DNA from: an uncultured Planctomycetaceae bacterium
GTDB lineage: Bacteria; Planctomycetota; Planctomycetia; Planctomycetales; Planctomycetaceae
Reading direction: 5' to 3'
Assembly (NCBI GenBank): GCA_963815195.1
Contig: CAWFGE010000012.1
Location: 448,001-512,000 of the forward strand
Length of the DNA stretch: 64,000 nucleotides
How positions within the stretch are numbered: position 1 is the stretch's first letter; each line of letters opens with the position of its first letter. Positions 1-9,527 of this stretch are shown here, piece after piece. Below the pieces are notes generated by a model. That model was not told the origin of the DNA. It did not search any database and saw nothing but the letters and a program-made list of their open reading frames with translations. The position numbers and the translations under genes were made by a program.

Positions 1-2544
1 GTTTTCCAAACCGGGCAATGCGAATCTGCCCGGCAGCCGCGGGATGTGTTTCAAGTGCTGCCCGGCTTTCAGGTCGAACTGCTTTACAGCGTGCCCAAAG
101 AGGAGCAAGGTTCCTGGGTCAGCCTGACGACCGACGACAAAGGCCGCTTGATCGCGAGCGACCAAGGCAACAAAGGCCTGTACCGCATCACGCCGCCCGC
201 CGTCGGCAGCGAGGATCCGACCCGCGTCGAGCATTTGGACGTCAAAATCTCCGGCGCCCAGGGGATGCTCTCCGCGTTTGGAAGTTTCTACGTCTCGGTC
301 AACGGCGGTCCGGGCAGCGGGCTGTATCGCGCCCGCGACACCAACGGCGACGATCAATACGATGAAGTGACCAAGCTCAAAGACATCCGCGGCGGCGGCG
401 AGCACGGGCCGCACGCGCTAAGGCTTTCGCCCGATGGAAAATCGATTTACCTCATCGCCGGGAACCACACCAAGCCGCCCGAGAATTTCGACGCGAGCCG
501 GCTGCCCAGCAACTGGTCGGAAGATTTGCTCCTGCCCCGCCAATGGGACGCCCGCGGACACGCCCGCGGCATACTCGCTCCCGGCGGATGGATCGCCAAG
601 ACCGATCCCGAAGGCAAGACCTGGGAGATCGTCAGCAGCGGCTACCGCAATTCCTATGACATGGATTTTAACGCTGACGGCGAATTGTTCGCGTACGATG
701 CCGACATGGAATGGGACATGGGCTCGCCCTGGTATCGCCCGACCCGCGTGGTGCACGCGGTCAGCGGCAGCGAGTTCGGCTGGCGGAGCGGCACGGGCAA
801 ATGGCCGACCTACTTCCCCGACAGCGTGCCGCCGCTGGTCAACGTCGGCCCCGGTTCGCCGGTGGGCGCGGCCTTCGGCTACGGCACGAAGTTCCCCGCG
901 AAATATCAAAAGGCTCTGTACATTCTCGATTGGACCTTCGGCACGATTTACGCCATCCACATGGAACCCGACGGTGCGAGCTACAAGGCGACGAAGGAAG
1001 AATTTCTCTCCCGCACGCCGTTGCCCTTGACCGATGCGACGGTTGGGAAAGATGGAGCCCTGTACTTCACCGTCGGCGGCCGGGGCACACAATCGGAACT
1101 CTACCGCGTGACCTACATCGGCAAGGAATCGACAGCACCCGTCGACGGCAAGGAATCCCAGTTCGCCGAACTCCGCCGACTTCGGCATCAGTTGGAAGCC
1201 CTGCATCATCCGGGCAAAGTTTCTGAAGCTGAGATGCAACTCATCTGGAACAACCTCGGCCATAAAGACCGCTTCATCCGCTATGCGGCGCTCGTCGCCT
1301 TGGATCAGCGCGATCCCGCCACGTGGCGAAGCCGCTTCGCCGAACAGGCCCGGAGTGCCGATCAATCTCCGTGGACCCTCATCATGTCCGCCCTCGCCTT
1401 GGCTCGCCAGGGAGAAAAATCCGACGGGCCCCGATTGGTGCAGGCTCTCGGCGAATTGGATTTCGCCAACCTCACCAAGGAGCAACAACTCGGCCTGACC
1501 CGAGCGTATGCTTTGACGTTCATTCGGCAAGGCGAGCCGTCTCCCGTGTTGGCGGCCCAGTTGGCCAAGCGGTTCGATCCGTTCTATCCCGCGAAGGACC
1601 GGGACCTCAACCGCGAACTCTCGCGGTTTCTCGTGTACCTCAAATCGCCGACCGTGATCGACAAAACGATCAAGCTGATCCAAGAAAAATCCGAGCCGGA
1701 ACCTGAAGACATCTCGGAACTCCTGGCCCGCAATCCCGGTTACGGCGGCACGATCGCGAAGATGCTCGCCAACCAGCCGGACAAGCAGAAGCTGCACTAT
1801 GCATTCGTGCTGAGAAACATGAAATACGGTTGGACGCTGGAACAGCGCCGGGCCTATCTCGAGTTTCTCGAAAACGAACGCGACAAGAGCGGCGGGGCGA
1901 GTTACCAGGGTTTCATCGACAACATGCGGAAGGATTTCCTGGACAACGCTTCCGAAGCGGAGCGGATCGCCCTCAAGTCGACCATCGCCGAGACGCAGCC
2001 CAAGCCGGCTTCGCTTCCGAAGCCCAAAGGGCCCGGCCACGATTGGACGCTCGCCGAGGTGGACGCGCTTACCAAAAGCGGTTTGTCGAACCGCAGCTTC
2101 GAGAACGGCCAGCGGGCATACGCGGCCGCGCGGTGCGTGCTCTGCCATCGCTTCGGCGGGCAAGGCGGAGCGACGGGGCCGGATCTCACGAACGTCGCCG
2201 GGCGGTTCAGCTTTAAGGATCTCGCCGAGTCCATCGTCGATCCCAGCAAAGTCATTTCCGACCAATATCGGGCGTCGAACATTCAAACCTCGGCGGGCAA
2301 AGTCATCACGGGCCGGATCGTGAACGAAGCGGACGGCGTTTATACCGTCGTCATCGATGCTGAGGATGCCACGAAAGTCGCCGAGCTTCGCGACAGCGAC
2401 ATCGAAGCGATCGTGCCGTCGAAGGTCTCGCTAATGCCCAAGGATTTGCTCAAAGGTTTGAACAAAGACGAGGTGCTCGACCTGTTGGCCTACCTCGAAT
2501 CCCGAGGCAACCCGAACGACCCGATGTTCAAAAGCCCCCAATGA
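1..2544 (+). CDS. PVC-type heme-binding CxxCH protein (sugar-dehydrogenase-like beta-propeller, HEAT-like repeats, C-terminal cytochrome c); 5' end lies outside the window
   Basis: Frame is open from base 1. Contains GGGEHGPH, GYRNSYD and YDADMEWDMG propeller motifs, CVLCH heme motif, GPDLT and SLMP, typical of planctomycete heme-binding proteins. Confidence 0.85.
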   Translation, partial: VFQTGQCESARQPRDVFQVLPGFQVELLYSVPKEEQGSWVSLTTDDKGRLIASDQGNKGLYRITPPAVGSEDPTRVEHLDVKISGAQGMLSAFGSFYVSVNGGPGSGLYRARDTNGDDQYDEVTKLKDIRGGGEHGPHALRLSPDGKSIYLIAGNHTKPPENFDASRLPSNWSEDLLLPRQWDARGHARGILAPGGWIAKTDPEGKTWEIVSSGYRNSYDMDFNADGELFAYDADMEWDMGSPWYRPTRVVHAVSGSEFGWRSGTGKWPTYFPDSVPPLVNVGPGSPVGAAFGYGTKFPAKYQKALYILDWTFGTIYAIHMEPDGASYKATKEEFLSRTPLPLTDATVGKDGALYFTVGGRGTQSELYRVTYIGKESTAPVDGKESQFAELRRLRHQLEALHHPGKVSEAEMQLIWNNLGHKDRFIRYAALVALDQRDPATWRSRFAEQARSADQSPWTLIMSALALARQGEKSDGPRLVQALGELDFANLTKEQQLGLTRAYALTFIRQGEPSPVLAAQLAKRFDPFYPAKDRDLNRELSRFLVYLKSPTVIDKTIKLIQEKSEPEPEDISELLARNPGYGGTIAKMLANQPDKQKLHYAFVLRNMKYGWTLEQRRAYLEFLENERDKSGGASYQGFIDNMRKDFLDNASEAERIALKSTIAETQPKPASLPKPKGPGHDWTLAEVDALTKSGLSNRSFENGQRAYAAARCVLCHRFGGQGGATGPDLTNVAGRFSFKDLAESIVDPSKVISDQYRASNIQTSAGKVITGRIVNEADGVYTVVIDAEDATKVAELRDSDIEAIVPSKVSLMPKDLLKGLNKDEVLDLLAYLESRGNPNDPMFKSPQ

Positions 2545-2627
2545 CCAATGACCTTTCGGTCATTGGGATTTGGTCATTGATTTTGCCCAGCGGCGATGCT
2601 GCAAGAAATTGCACAGTTCCGCGCAGC

Positions 2628-2679
2628 AAAAAACCGGGAATGGCGGATGCCAGCGGTGCTGGACGACCTGTCCCGGTTT
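2628..2679 (-). terminator. Putative intrinsic terminator of the small acidic gene
   Basis: On the minus strand, AAACCGGGA...TCCCGGTTTTTT stem ending in a U-tract, just after the stop at 2703. Confidence 0.45.
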
Positions 2680-2702
2680 CGAGGGCAAAACTTGCCGGTG
2701 GA

Positions 2703-2999
2703 TTACTCTTCTTCCAACTCCTCGAGGAGATCCAGTTCCTCGTCGTCTTCTTCGAGGTCGCGGTTGTCGGGGCCGTGGTCGTAGCAGTCGGAATCGTGCC
2801 ACAGCGGAAGCCCGGCAGCGTAGCGGGCCGCCAACATTTGGACTTTGTCTTCCGAACCCGGCTTGGCTTCGGTCGGGGTGTAGGGATTGAGCGAAGCCGG
2901 ATCGAAATCGGTTTCGTAACCGCTTTCAAAGTCCATGATGTAGGCGGCTTGACCATCGTACAGTTCTTCGATTTCGTCAGCGGGAGGTGTGAATGCCAT
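2703..2999 (-). CDS. Small very acidic hypothetical protein
   Basis: GGAG precedes the ATG at 2999. Core PTEAKPGSEDKVQMLAARYAAGLPLWH followed by a poly-D/E tail; I recall this core motif from planctomycete hypotheticals. Confidence 0.7.
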   Translation of the reverse strand: MAFTPPADEIEELYDGQAAYIMDFESGYETDFDPASLNPYTPTEAKPGSEDKVQMLAARYAAGLPLWHDSDCYDHGPDNRDLEEDDEELDLLEELEEE

Positions 3000-3244
3000 A
3001 CTGTGTTGCTCCAATTTGCGTCAACAAAACACAAGGGATAAGGAAACTTCCCTGGGTCCTTTCCAGAGGGCCCGGTGAACATTTACGGGATTTTGTTATT
3101 CGGCCCCTTTGTTGGTGGTGATTTGGTCTGAAATACAGCCGTCAAAGGGGGCGAAAGAGGTTTCCACAGTCAAATAGGTAGAAACGCATCTTGTAGAAAA
3201 TAGGTGGGGAGTGAAGGCTGGACCGAAGATGGTCGGCAGTTTTG

Positions 3245-3272
3245 ATTTTCAACCAAAAACCGGGATTGTCAA
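3245..3272 (-). promoter_or_regulatory. Candidate sigma70 promoter for the small acidic gene
   Basis: Minus strand TTGACA (3272-3267), 16-nt spacer, GAAAAT, with an AT-rich tract upstream. Confidence 0.4.
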
Positions 3273-3638
3273 TAAAAATTTTTCTGAAAATCTTTCAGAT
3301 CCCTTAAAAAATGTGCTCAAAATGACCGAATTTTTGTGAACAATATACAAAAGTTCTCTTGAACTGCGGTTCCAATGCTCACCGAGATGTCTCGGTTGGT
3401 CCATATCATCACAGAATCATCCTATTGTGAATTATGCTTCTGTTGAATCGCCGCCGCCCACATCTCTGGCGAATCCTCTTTAAGAATTGAAGCCCATCGC
3501 AACAAATTCGGGGGTTTTCTTCCCTCCTTGAACGGCGATAGAATGAACAGGGGGATCTGTTCCCCTTGCGTCCGGCTTCAGATTTGTCGTTCGTTTCTCT
3601 CTACGCCTCCCCCGGTCCTTGGCCTCGAAGGAGTTCCC

Positions 3639-4976
3639 ATGTATTGGGAGCAGCCGGTTGAATACGCCTCCATCAGCGACATCGGCTTTCGCCGGCAGAT
3701 GAACCAGGATGCGTACGGGGTGCAGATTTGCCCGGAGCGGGAGACCTGGGAACAGTACGGGCATTTGTTCGTGGTCTGCGATGGCATGGGCGGGCATGCG
3801 GTGGGCGAGTTGGCCAGCAAAATCGCCATCGACACCATCCCGCACGCTTTTTTCAAGTCGCGGGAACCCCTCGCGGAAGAGGCCCTGCAAAAATCCATCG
3901 AGTTGGCGAATTCGAATATCAACGACCGGGGCGAACTGAACCACGACTTCCAGCGGATGGGCACGACCTGCTCCGCCTTGGCCTTGACGCCGCGGGGCGC
4001 GGTCATCGGCCACGTGGGCGACAGCCGGGTTTACCGCATTCGGGGCGAGCTCATCGAGCAATTGACGTTTGACCATAGTTTGCAATGGGAACTTTTGCGG
4101 CAAGGCCGGATGTCGCCCGAAGAGATTTTCCTCAAAGAGCCGCGAAACGTGATTACCCGCTCGCTGGGGCCGATGCCGGCCGTGCAGGTCGATGTGGAAG
4201 GTCCGCATCCGATCCTGCCCGGCGATGCGTATTTGTTGTGCTCGGACGGGTTGACGGGGCTGGTGAACGATCAGGAAATCGGCATGATCGCCCGGCATCT
4301 GCCGCCGCCCGAGGCCAGCCGGCTCTTGGTGCATCTGGCGAACCTGCGGGGCGGTTCCGACAACATCACGGTGATCATCGTCCGCGTGGGAGAGATTCCC
4401 GAAGGCCTGGTGCCTCCGCCCGTGGTCGCCGAGGCGGAAGCCGAAGAGCCGGGCGGATTGAGTTGGTGGTGGCTCGCGGACTTCTGGGGGATCGCGAGCG
4501 TGTATGTCCTTGCGGTGTGCCTGATGATTCTACGCAACTGGCCGATGGGCCTGTTTGCCTTGTCGGCAGCCGTTCTCGCGACCGGCGCGAGCCTCTTGTA
4601 TTGGCTCCGGCAACGCCAGCTTCCCCCCTGGCGGGGGGCGAGTCCGCAGTCTTCTTCCAAAGGGCCCTACCGGCAGGCGGCGACGGTGTTGGCTCCGCAG
4701 TTTCTCAGCCATCTCGCCGCCATCGAAGCGGAGCTTCAGCGGACCGGGCACGAGGAGGGCTGGGACATCGATTGGGCCCGGCATCATTCCGCTTCGCGGG
4801 ATGCGCAGAGCTTTCTGTCTCACAACCGGCTCGGCGATGCGCTCGCGGAATATGGGCGGGCTTTGGACGTCTTGATGACCGGCGTTCAACTTCACCGCAA
4901 ATACCGCCAGCACCAGGCCCGCTGGGGCAAGCCGCCGCGCATCGTGCCCCGCACCAGCGAAGACAAAGGCGCCTGA
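3639..4976 (+). CDS. PP2C/PPM family Ser/Thr protein phosphatase with two C-terminal transmembrane segments
   Basis: AAGGAG then ATG at 3639. Motifs RRQMNQD, VCDGMGGH, MGTT, HVGDSRVY, LLCSDGL, GGSDNIT; two hydrophobic stretches follow. Confidence 0.92.
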   Translation: MYWEQPVEYASISDIGFRRQMNQDAYGVQICPERETWEQYGHLFVVCDGMGGHAVGELASKIAIDTIPHAFFKSREPLAEEALQKSIELANSNINDRGELNHDFQRMGTTCSALALTPRGAVIGHVGDSRVYRIRGELIEQLTFDHSLQWELLRQGRMSPEEIFLKEPRNVITRSLGPMPAVQVDVEGPHPILPGDAYLLCSDGLTGLVNDQEIGMIARHLPPPEASRLLVHLANLRGGSDNITVIIVRVGEIPEGLVPPPVVAEAEAEEPGGLSWWWLADFWGIASVYVLAVCLMILRNWPMGLFALSAAVLATGASLLYWLRQRQLPPWRGASPQSSSKGPYRQAATVLAPQFLSHLAAIEAELQRTGHEEGWDIDWARHHSASRDAQSFLSHNRLGDALAEYGRALDVLMTGVQLHRKYRQHQARWGKPPRIVPRTSEDKGA

Positions 4977-5088
4977 CCACGCGCCGATTTTGAAGGGTGA
5001 AGTCTTATCCGTTGCATTGCGAACTCGTCTGCCGCAAGATGGGTGGACGATTTCCACGATGTCATTGCAAATCCCGGAGAAGACTTTG

Positions 5089-6463
5089 ATGCGCCGAATT
5101 GTTTTCCTGTTGGACCCTCGCCTGCCTGTTGATGGGGGTGACGAGCCGGGCTCCCGCGGCCGAGCCGCACGCCGACCGCTGCGTGGTTTTGGTGAGCGTC
5201 GACGGACTGGCGAACTTCTATTTGGACGATCCCCAAGCCGACATGCCCACGCTCCGGCAGCTGGCGAAAACAGGGGCGCGGGCGGATGGGATGGTCTGCT
5301 CGTTCCCGACCGTCACCTGGCCGAACCACACCACGCTCGTCACCGGCGTGCCGCCCGCGAAGCACGGCGTCATCGGGAACAACTATCTCGACCGCCAAAG
5401 CGCGACCGCGGTGCCTTTCATCCCCGATCCGCTGTTCGACAAGGACCAGATCGTCAAGGTGCCCACGATCTACGATGCCGCCCACAAAGCCGGGCTGGTC
5501 ACGGCGGGAATCGTCTGGCCGGCGACCCGAAACGCCCGCACGCTGAATTGGACCGTGCCCGACATGTTCGGCAAAGAGGCCTGGCCCAAGTACGGCACGC
5601 AGGTTTGGCTCGCGGAGCTGCGCGAAGCCGGGCTGCCGGTGGATCAGCACGGCACATGGACCGCGGCTTCGGGCGGCGGCGTCCAGCGGGATTGGCTTTA
5701 CACGCGGATGGCCCGGCATCTGTTCCAGAACCACCCGCCGAACCTGCTGATGATTCATCTTGTCGAGGTCGATCACGTCGAGCACAAAGACGGCCCGAAA
5801 AGCCCCGAAGCCTATTGGTCCGTCAGCTTCGCCGACGACCGCCTGCGGGACATCGCCGAGGCGATCAAGCTCTCCCCGCACCGCGACAAGACGACATTGA
5901 TCGTCGCCAGCGATCACGGCTTCTTCCCGATCACCAAAGACATCCGCCCGAACGTTTTGCTCAAGCGGGAGGGCCTGCTCTCGAAGGAGAACAAACGGGC
6001 CTATTGCCTGGCCCAGGGCGGGGCGTCGATGGTTTATGTCTTGGACGACGCCGGCCGGGAGGCGACAATCCGGAACTTGAAAAAGAAATTCGCCGCGGTC
6101 GAGGGCATCCAAGCCGTGCTCGGCCCGGAGGACTATCAAAAGCTCGGCCAGCCCACGCCCGGGGAAGACGCCCGCGCTCCGGACCTGTGGCTCGCGGCGA
6201 AAACCGGCTACTCTTTCACCAACACCGAAACGGGCGACGACCTCGTCGTCCCGCGGTCGTCGCCGGGTGGCACGCACGGCTATCTGCCCGATCAGCCGGA
6301 CATGCTGGGCACGCTGGTGATTTCCGGCTTCGGCATTCAGCCCGGTACGAAGCTCGGCAAGATCCAAAACCTCGACGTGGCCCCCACCATCGCCCGCCTG
6401 TTAGGAATCGAATTCCCCACCGCCGAAGGCAAACCACTCACCTCGGCCCTGAATGACAAGTGA
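5089..6463 (+). CDS. Exported alkaline-phosphatase-superfamily nucleotide pyrophosphatase/phosphodiesterase; apparent +1 frameshift in the signal peptide near 5112
   Basis: Motifs VSVDGL, FPTVTWPNHTTLVTG, DHVEH, SDHGF, GTHGY. GGAGA precedes the ATG at 5089, and removing one G at 5112-5113 restores the signal peptide MRRIVFLLTLACLLMG. Confidence 0.85.
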
Positions 6464-6527
6464 CAAATCCCGATAGCCTTTTCAATCGACTCCGTGGTGA
6501 ACCGCTTTTTCATTTGTCTTTGAGGAT

Positions 6528-9485
6528 ATGGGGATGATTTCGTTGCCTTCGCGTTTGCTTCCGGTGGTTTTGTTGGCTGCGATCGGGTTTTTTTGTTTGA
6601 TTGGCCGAAGCCCGGCGGCCGAGGAACTTTCCCCGCGGCCGGCGTGGACGACCTCGAAAATTCAAGGCACGCCGACGCCGCCCGCGCCTTACCGGATCGT
6701 GCCCGCGTTTCCCGCGCTGAAGTTCGACCATCCGTCGAGCCTCCAAGAAATGCCCGGCGGCCGGATGCTCGTCACGGAAATGGGCGGGAAGTTTTTTTCG
6801 TTCCCGAAGGAACCCGGCGTCACGCGGGCGGATTTGATGGGGGACCTCGCAAGCGGCTTGCCCAAAGAGCTTGCCGGGGAGTCCGTGCGGCTGTTTAGCG
6901 CGGCGCTCCATCCCGAGTTCAAACAGAACGGATACCTGTTTGCCTGCTATGTCTTCCCCGGCCCGGACAAACACACCCGCGTGTCCCAGTTTGAAGTCGC
7001 CGGCGAGAACCCTCCTAAAATCCGCCCCGAGAGCGAACGCATCCTCCTCCGCTGGCCGACCGGCGGGCACAACGGCGGGTGTCTCGCGTTCGGCAAAGAC
7101 GGCATGCTGTATATTTCCACGGGCGACGGGGCCGGCCCCAATCCGCCCGACGGCCGAACCACCGGGCAGGACATTTCCGATCTGTTGGGAGCGGTCTTGC
7201 GGATCGACGTGAACGACTCGACCGACGAACAACCTTACCGCGTTCCGCCGGACAATCCCTTCGTGAACACGCCGGGGGCTCGGCCGGAAATTTGGGCCTA
7301 TGGCCTCCGGAACCCCTGGAAGTTCGGCATCGACGAGAAAACCGGAGCCATCTTCGCCGCGGACAACGGTTGGGAATCGTGGGAGATGATCCACAAGATT
7401 GTCCGCGGCGGCAACTGCGGCTGGCCGATCATGGAAGGCCGGGCCATGCTGCGTGCCGAAGTTTCGCCCGGTCCCACGCCGATCCGACCGCCCGTCAAAG
7501 ACCATCCCCACACCGAAGCCAACTCGGTCATCGGCGGCCCGATCTATCGCGGCAAGAAACTGCCCGGTTTGGACGGGGCCTTTATCTATGGCGATTACAT
7601 CACCGGCACGATCTGGTCCGTGCAAACGGGCGACGGTGAGGTGTATCAGCACCAAACGCTCGTCGATACCGATCAGCGGATCGTCGATTTCACCGAAGGC
7701 CGGGGCGGCGAATTGTATGTGCTCGATTACGACTACACCGGGCAGATCTATGAACTCCTCCCCACCGACCGCAAAGACACCTCGGCCGACTTCCCCCGCC
7801 GATTGAGCGAGACCGGCCTGTTTTCTTCGCTCGAAAACATGACCCCCGCGGCGGGCGTGGTGGCTTATGATGTGAAAGTCCCGCGGTGGATGGACGGGGC
7901 CATCGCCCAACGGTTCGTGGCGATTCCCGGCCGGGAAACCGTCGCGCTTTCGCAAGGGCAGAACGCCGCGAGCTACCCCGAGGGGACGGTGTTCGTCGAG
8001 CATTTGAGCTTCCCAGAAGCCGGCGGCAAGACCCTGCCGGTGGAGACGCAAATTCTGCATTACGAATACGGCCAATGGCAGCCTTACAGTTATCTGTGGA
8101 ACGAAGAAGGCAGCGATGCCGAGTTGGTGGACGCGATCGGGGCGGACCGCGTGTTCGATTTGCCCGCCGTGCATCCGCACACAAAACCCGCCCCGCGAAC
8201 CTGGCACGTGAACGCCCAGAACGAATGCAAACTCTGCCACAACGCGGGCTCGGGATTCGTGCTGGGCTTCGTGCCGAACCAGTTGGATCGATCGTTCGGC
8301 GAAGGGTCCGGCCTCAATCAGTTGGAGGCCCTCGAAACCTTGGGCGTGATTGCCGCGGTCCCGTCACGGGAAGGGAATGCCGCCGCGCGGTTGGTCGATC
8401 CGCGGGATGAATCGCAAACGCTGGACGACCGGGCGCGATCCTATCTGCACGCCAACTGCAGCATGTGCCATCATCCGGGCGGGAATGCGATCATCTCGTT
8501 TTATCTCCGCCGCGAGCTGCCGTTCGACAAACTCAACACGAACAAAGGCACGGGCATCGGCACGTTCGGGATGCAGGACGCCAAGATCATCGTGCCCGGC
8601 GATCCTTACCGCTCCATTTTAATGTACCGCATGTCAAAGCTCGGCTATGCCCGCATGCCCTACATCGGCTCCCGCGCCGTGGACAGCTTCGGCGTCGCCC
8701 TGATCGAAGATTGGATCCGCTCGATGAAGTTGGAACCGGGGCGAACGTTTTCCCTCGATCAACAAGCCGAGGCACCCGAATCGCTCGATCTCATCCAGAA
8801 GGATTCCAGCACGCGGAGGCAATCCGAGCATGGCGTGCGGATGCTGCTGCGTTCCACGGAGGGCGGATTGGCGCTCGCAGGCCAAATGCACCGCGGGAAG
8901 CTGAATCAAGAGGCCCAGCGATTGGCGGTGAGTGCGGGCAAATTGAAAGCGGTCAAATCCGACATTCGCGGGTTGTTCGAGACATTCGTGCCCGAAGCCG
9001 AGCGGCGGCCGACGCTCGGGCCGAACATCGATCCGCAAACCGTTTTGGACGTGGCCGGTGATGCGGCGCGCGGGAAATTGATTTTCTTCAGCGACTCGGC
9101 CCGCTGCCGGAATTGCCACGACCTGTCGGACCGCGAGAAGTCCACCGGTCCGACGCTGCTCGAAATCCGCAAGAAATACGCCAAGCCCGCGGAACTGCTC
9201 CAGCACGTGCTAAAGCCGTCTTTGAAGATCGACGAAGCGTTCGCGTCTTATATCGTGCTCACGGCATCGGGCCAGGTCGTCACGGGCCTTTTGGTGAAGG
9301 AAGATCCCAAATCGGTCACGCTCAACACGGCGGAGAAGAAACAGGTCACGATTCCCCGCGACAAAATTGAAGCGCTGCAGAAAGCCGAAAAGTCGCTGAT
9401 GCCCGAACGGATTTTGAGCGACCTCACCGCCCAGGAAGCGGCCGATTTGCTGAGCTACCTCATGTCGCTCGATGCCAAACCCTGA
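6528..9485 (+). CDS. Exported PQQ-dependent sugar dehydrogenase (GSDH-like) fused to a tri-heme cytochrome c region
   Basis: Signal peptide; HNGG, GDG, DNPF and EIWAYGLRNPWK motifs; heme motifs CKLCH, CSMCH and CRNCH. Confidence 0.88.
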   Translation: MGMISLPSRLLPVVLLAAIGFFCLIGRSPAAEELSPRPAWTTSKIQGTPTPPAPYRIVPAFPALKFDHPSSLQEMPGGRMLVTEMGGKFFSFPKEPGVTRADLMGDLASGLPKELAGESVRLFSAALHPEFKQNGYLFACYVFPGPDKHTRVSQFEVAGENPPKIRPESERILLRWPTGGHNGGCLAFGKDGMLYISTGDGAGPNPPDGRTTGQDISDLLGAVLRIDVNDSTDEQPYRVPPDNPFVNTPGARPEIWAYGLRNPWKFGIDEKTGAIFAADNGWESWEMIHKIVRGGNCGWPIMEGRAMLRAEVSPGPTPIRPPVKDHPHTEANSVIGGPIYRGKKLPGLDGAFIYGDYITGTIWSVQTGDGEVYQHQTLVDTDQRIVDFTEGRGGELYVLDYDYTGQIYELLPTDRKDTSADFPRRLSETGLFSSLENMTPAAGVVAYDVKVPRWMDGAIAQRFVAIPGRETVALSQGQNAASYPEGTVFVEHLSFPEAGGKTLPVETQILHYEYGQWQPYSYLWNEEGSDAELVDAIGADRVFDLPAVHPHTKPAPRTWHVNAQNECKLCHNAGSGFVLGFVPNQLDRSFGEGSGLNQLEALETLGVIAAVPSREGNAAARLVDPRDESQTLDDRARSYLHANCSMCHHPGGNAIISFYLRRELPFDKLNTNKGTGIGTFGMQDAKIIVPGDPYRSILMYRMSKLGYARMPYIGSRAVDSFGVALIEDWIRSMKLEPGRTFSLDQQAEAPESLDLIQKDSSTRRQSEHGVRMLLRSTEGGLALAGQMHRGKLNQEAQRLAVSAGKLKAVKSDIRGLFETFVPEAERRPTLGPNIDPQTVLDVAGDAARGKLIFFSDSARCRNCHDLSDREKSTGPTLLEIRKKYAKPAELLQHVLKPSLKIDEAFASYIVLTASGQVVTGLLVKEDPKSVTLNTAEKKQVTIPRDKIEALQKAEKSLMPERILSDLTAQEAADLLSYLMSLDAKP

Positions 9486-9527
9486 ACCGGAAAACAAGCA
9501 CCAAATCCGCCGGATCAAAGCAGGGAC

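Noticed and set aside
2539..2582. Short CAATGAC tandem and its inverted counterpart (GGTCATTG)
   Set aside because: Only two or three degenerate units; at most a remnant of a short intergenic repeat.
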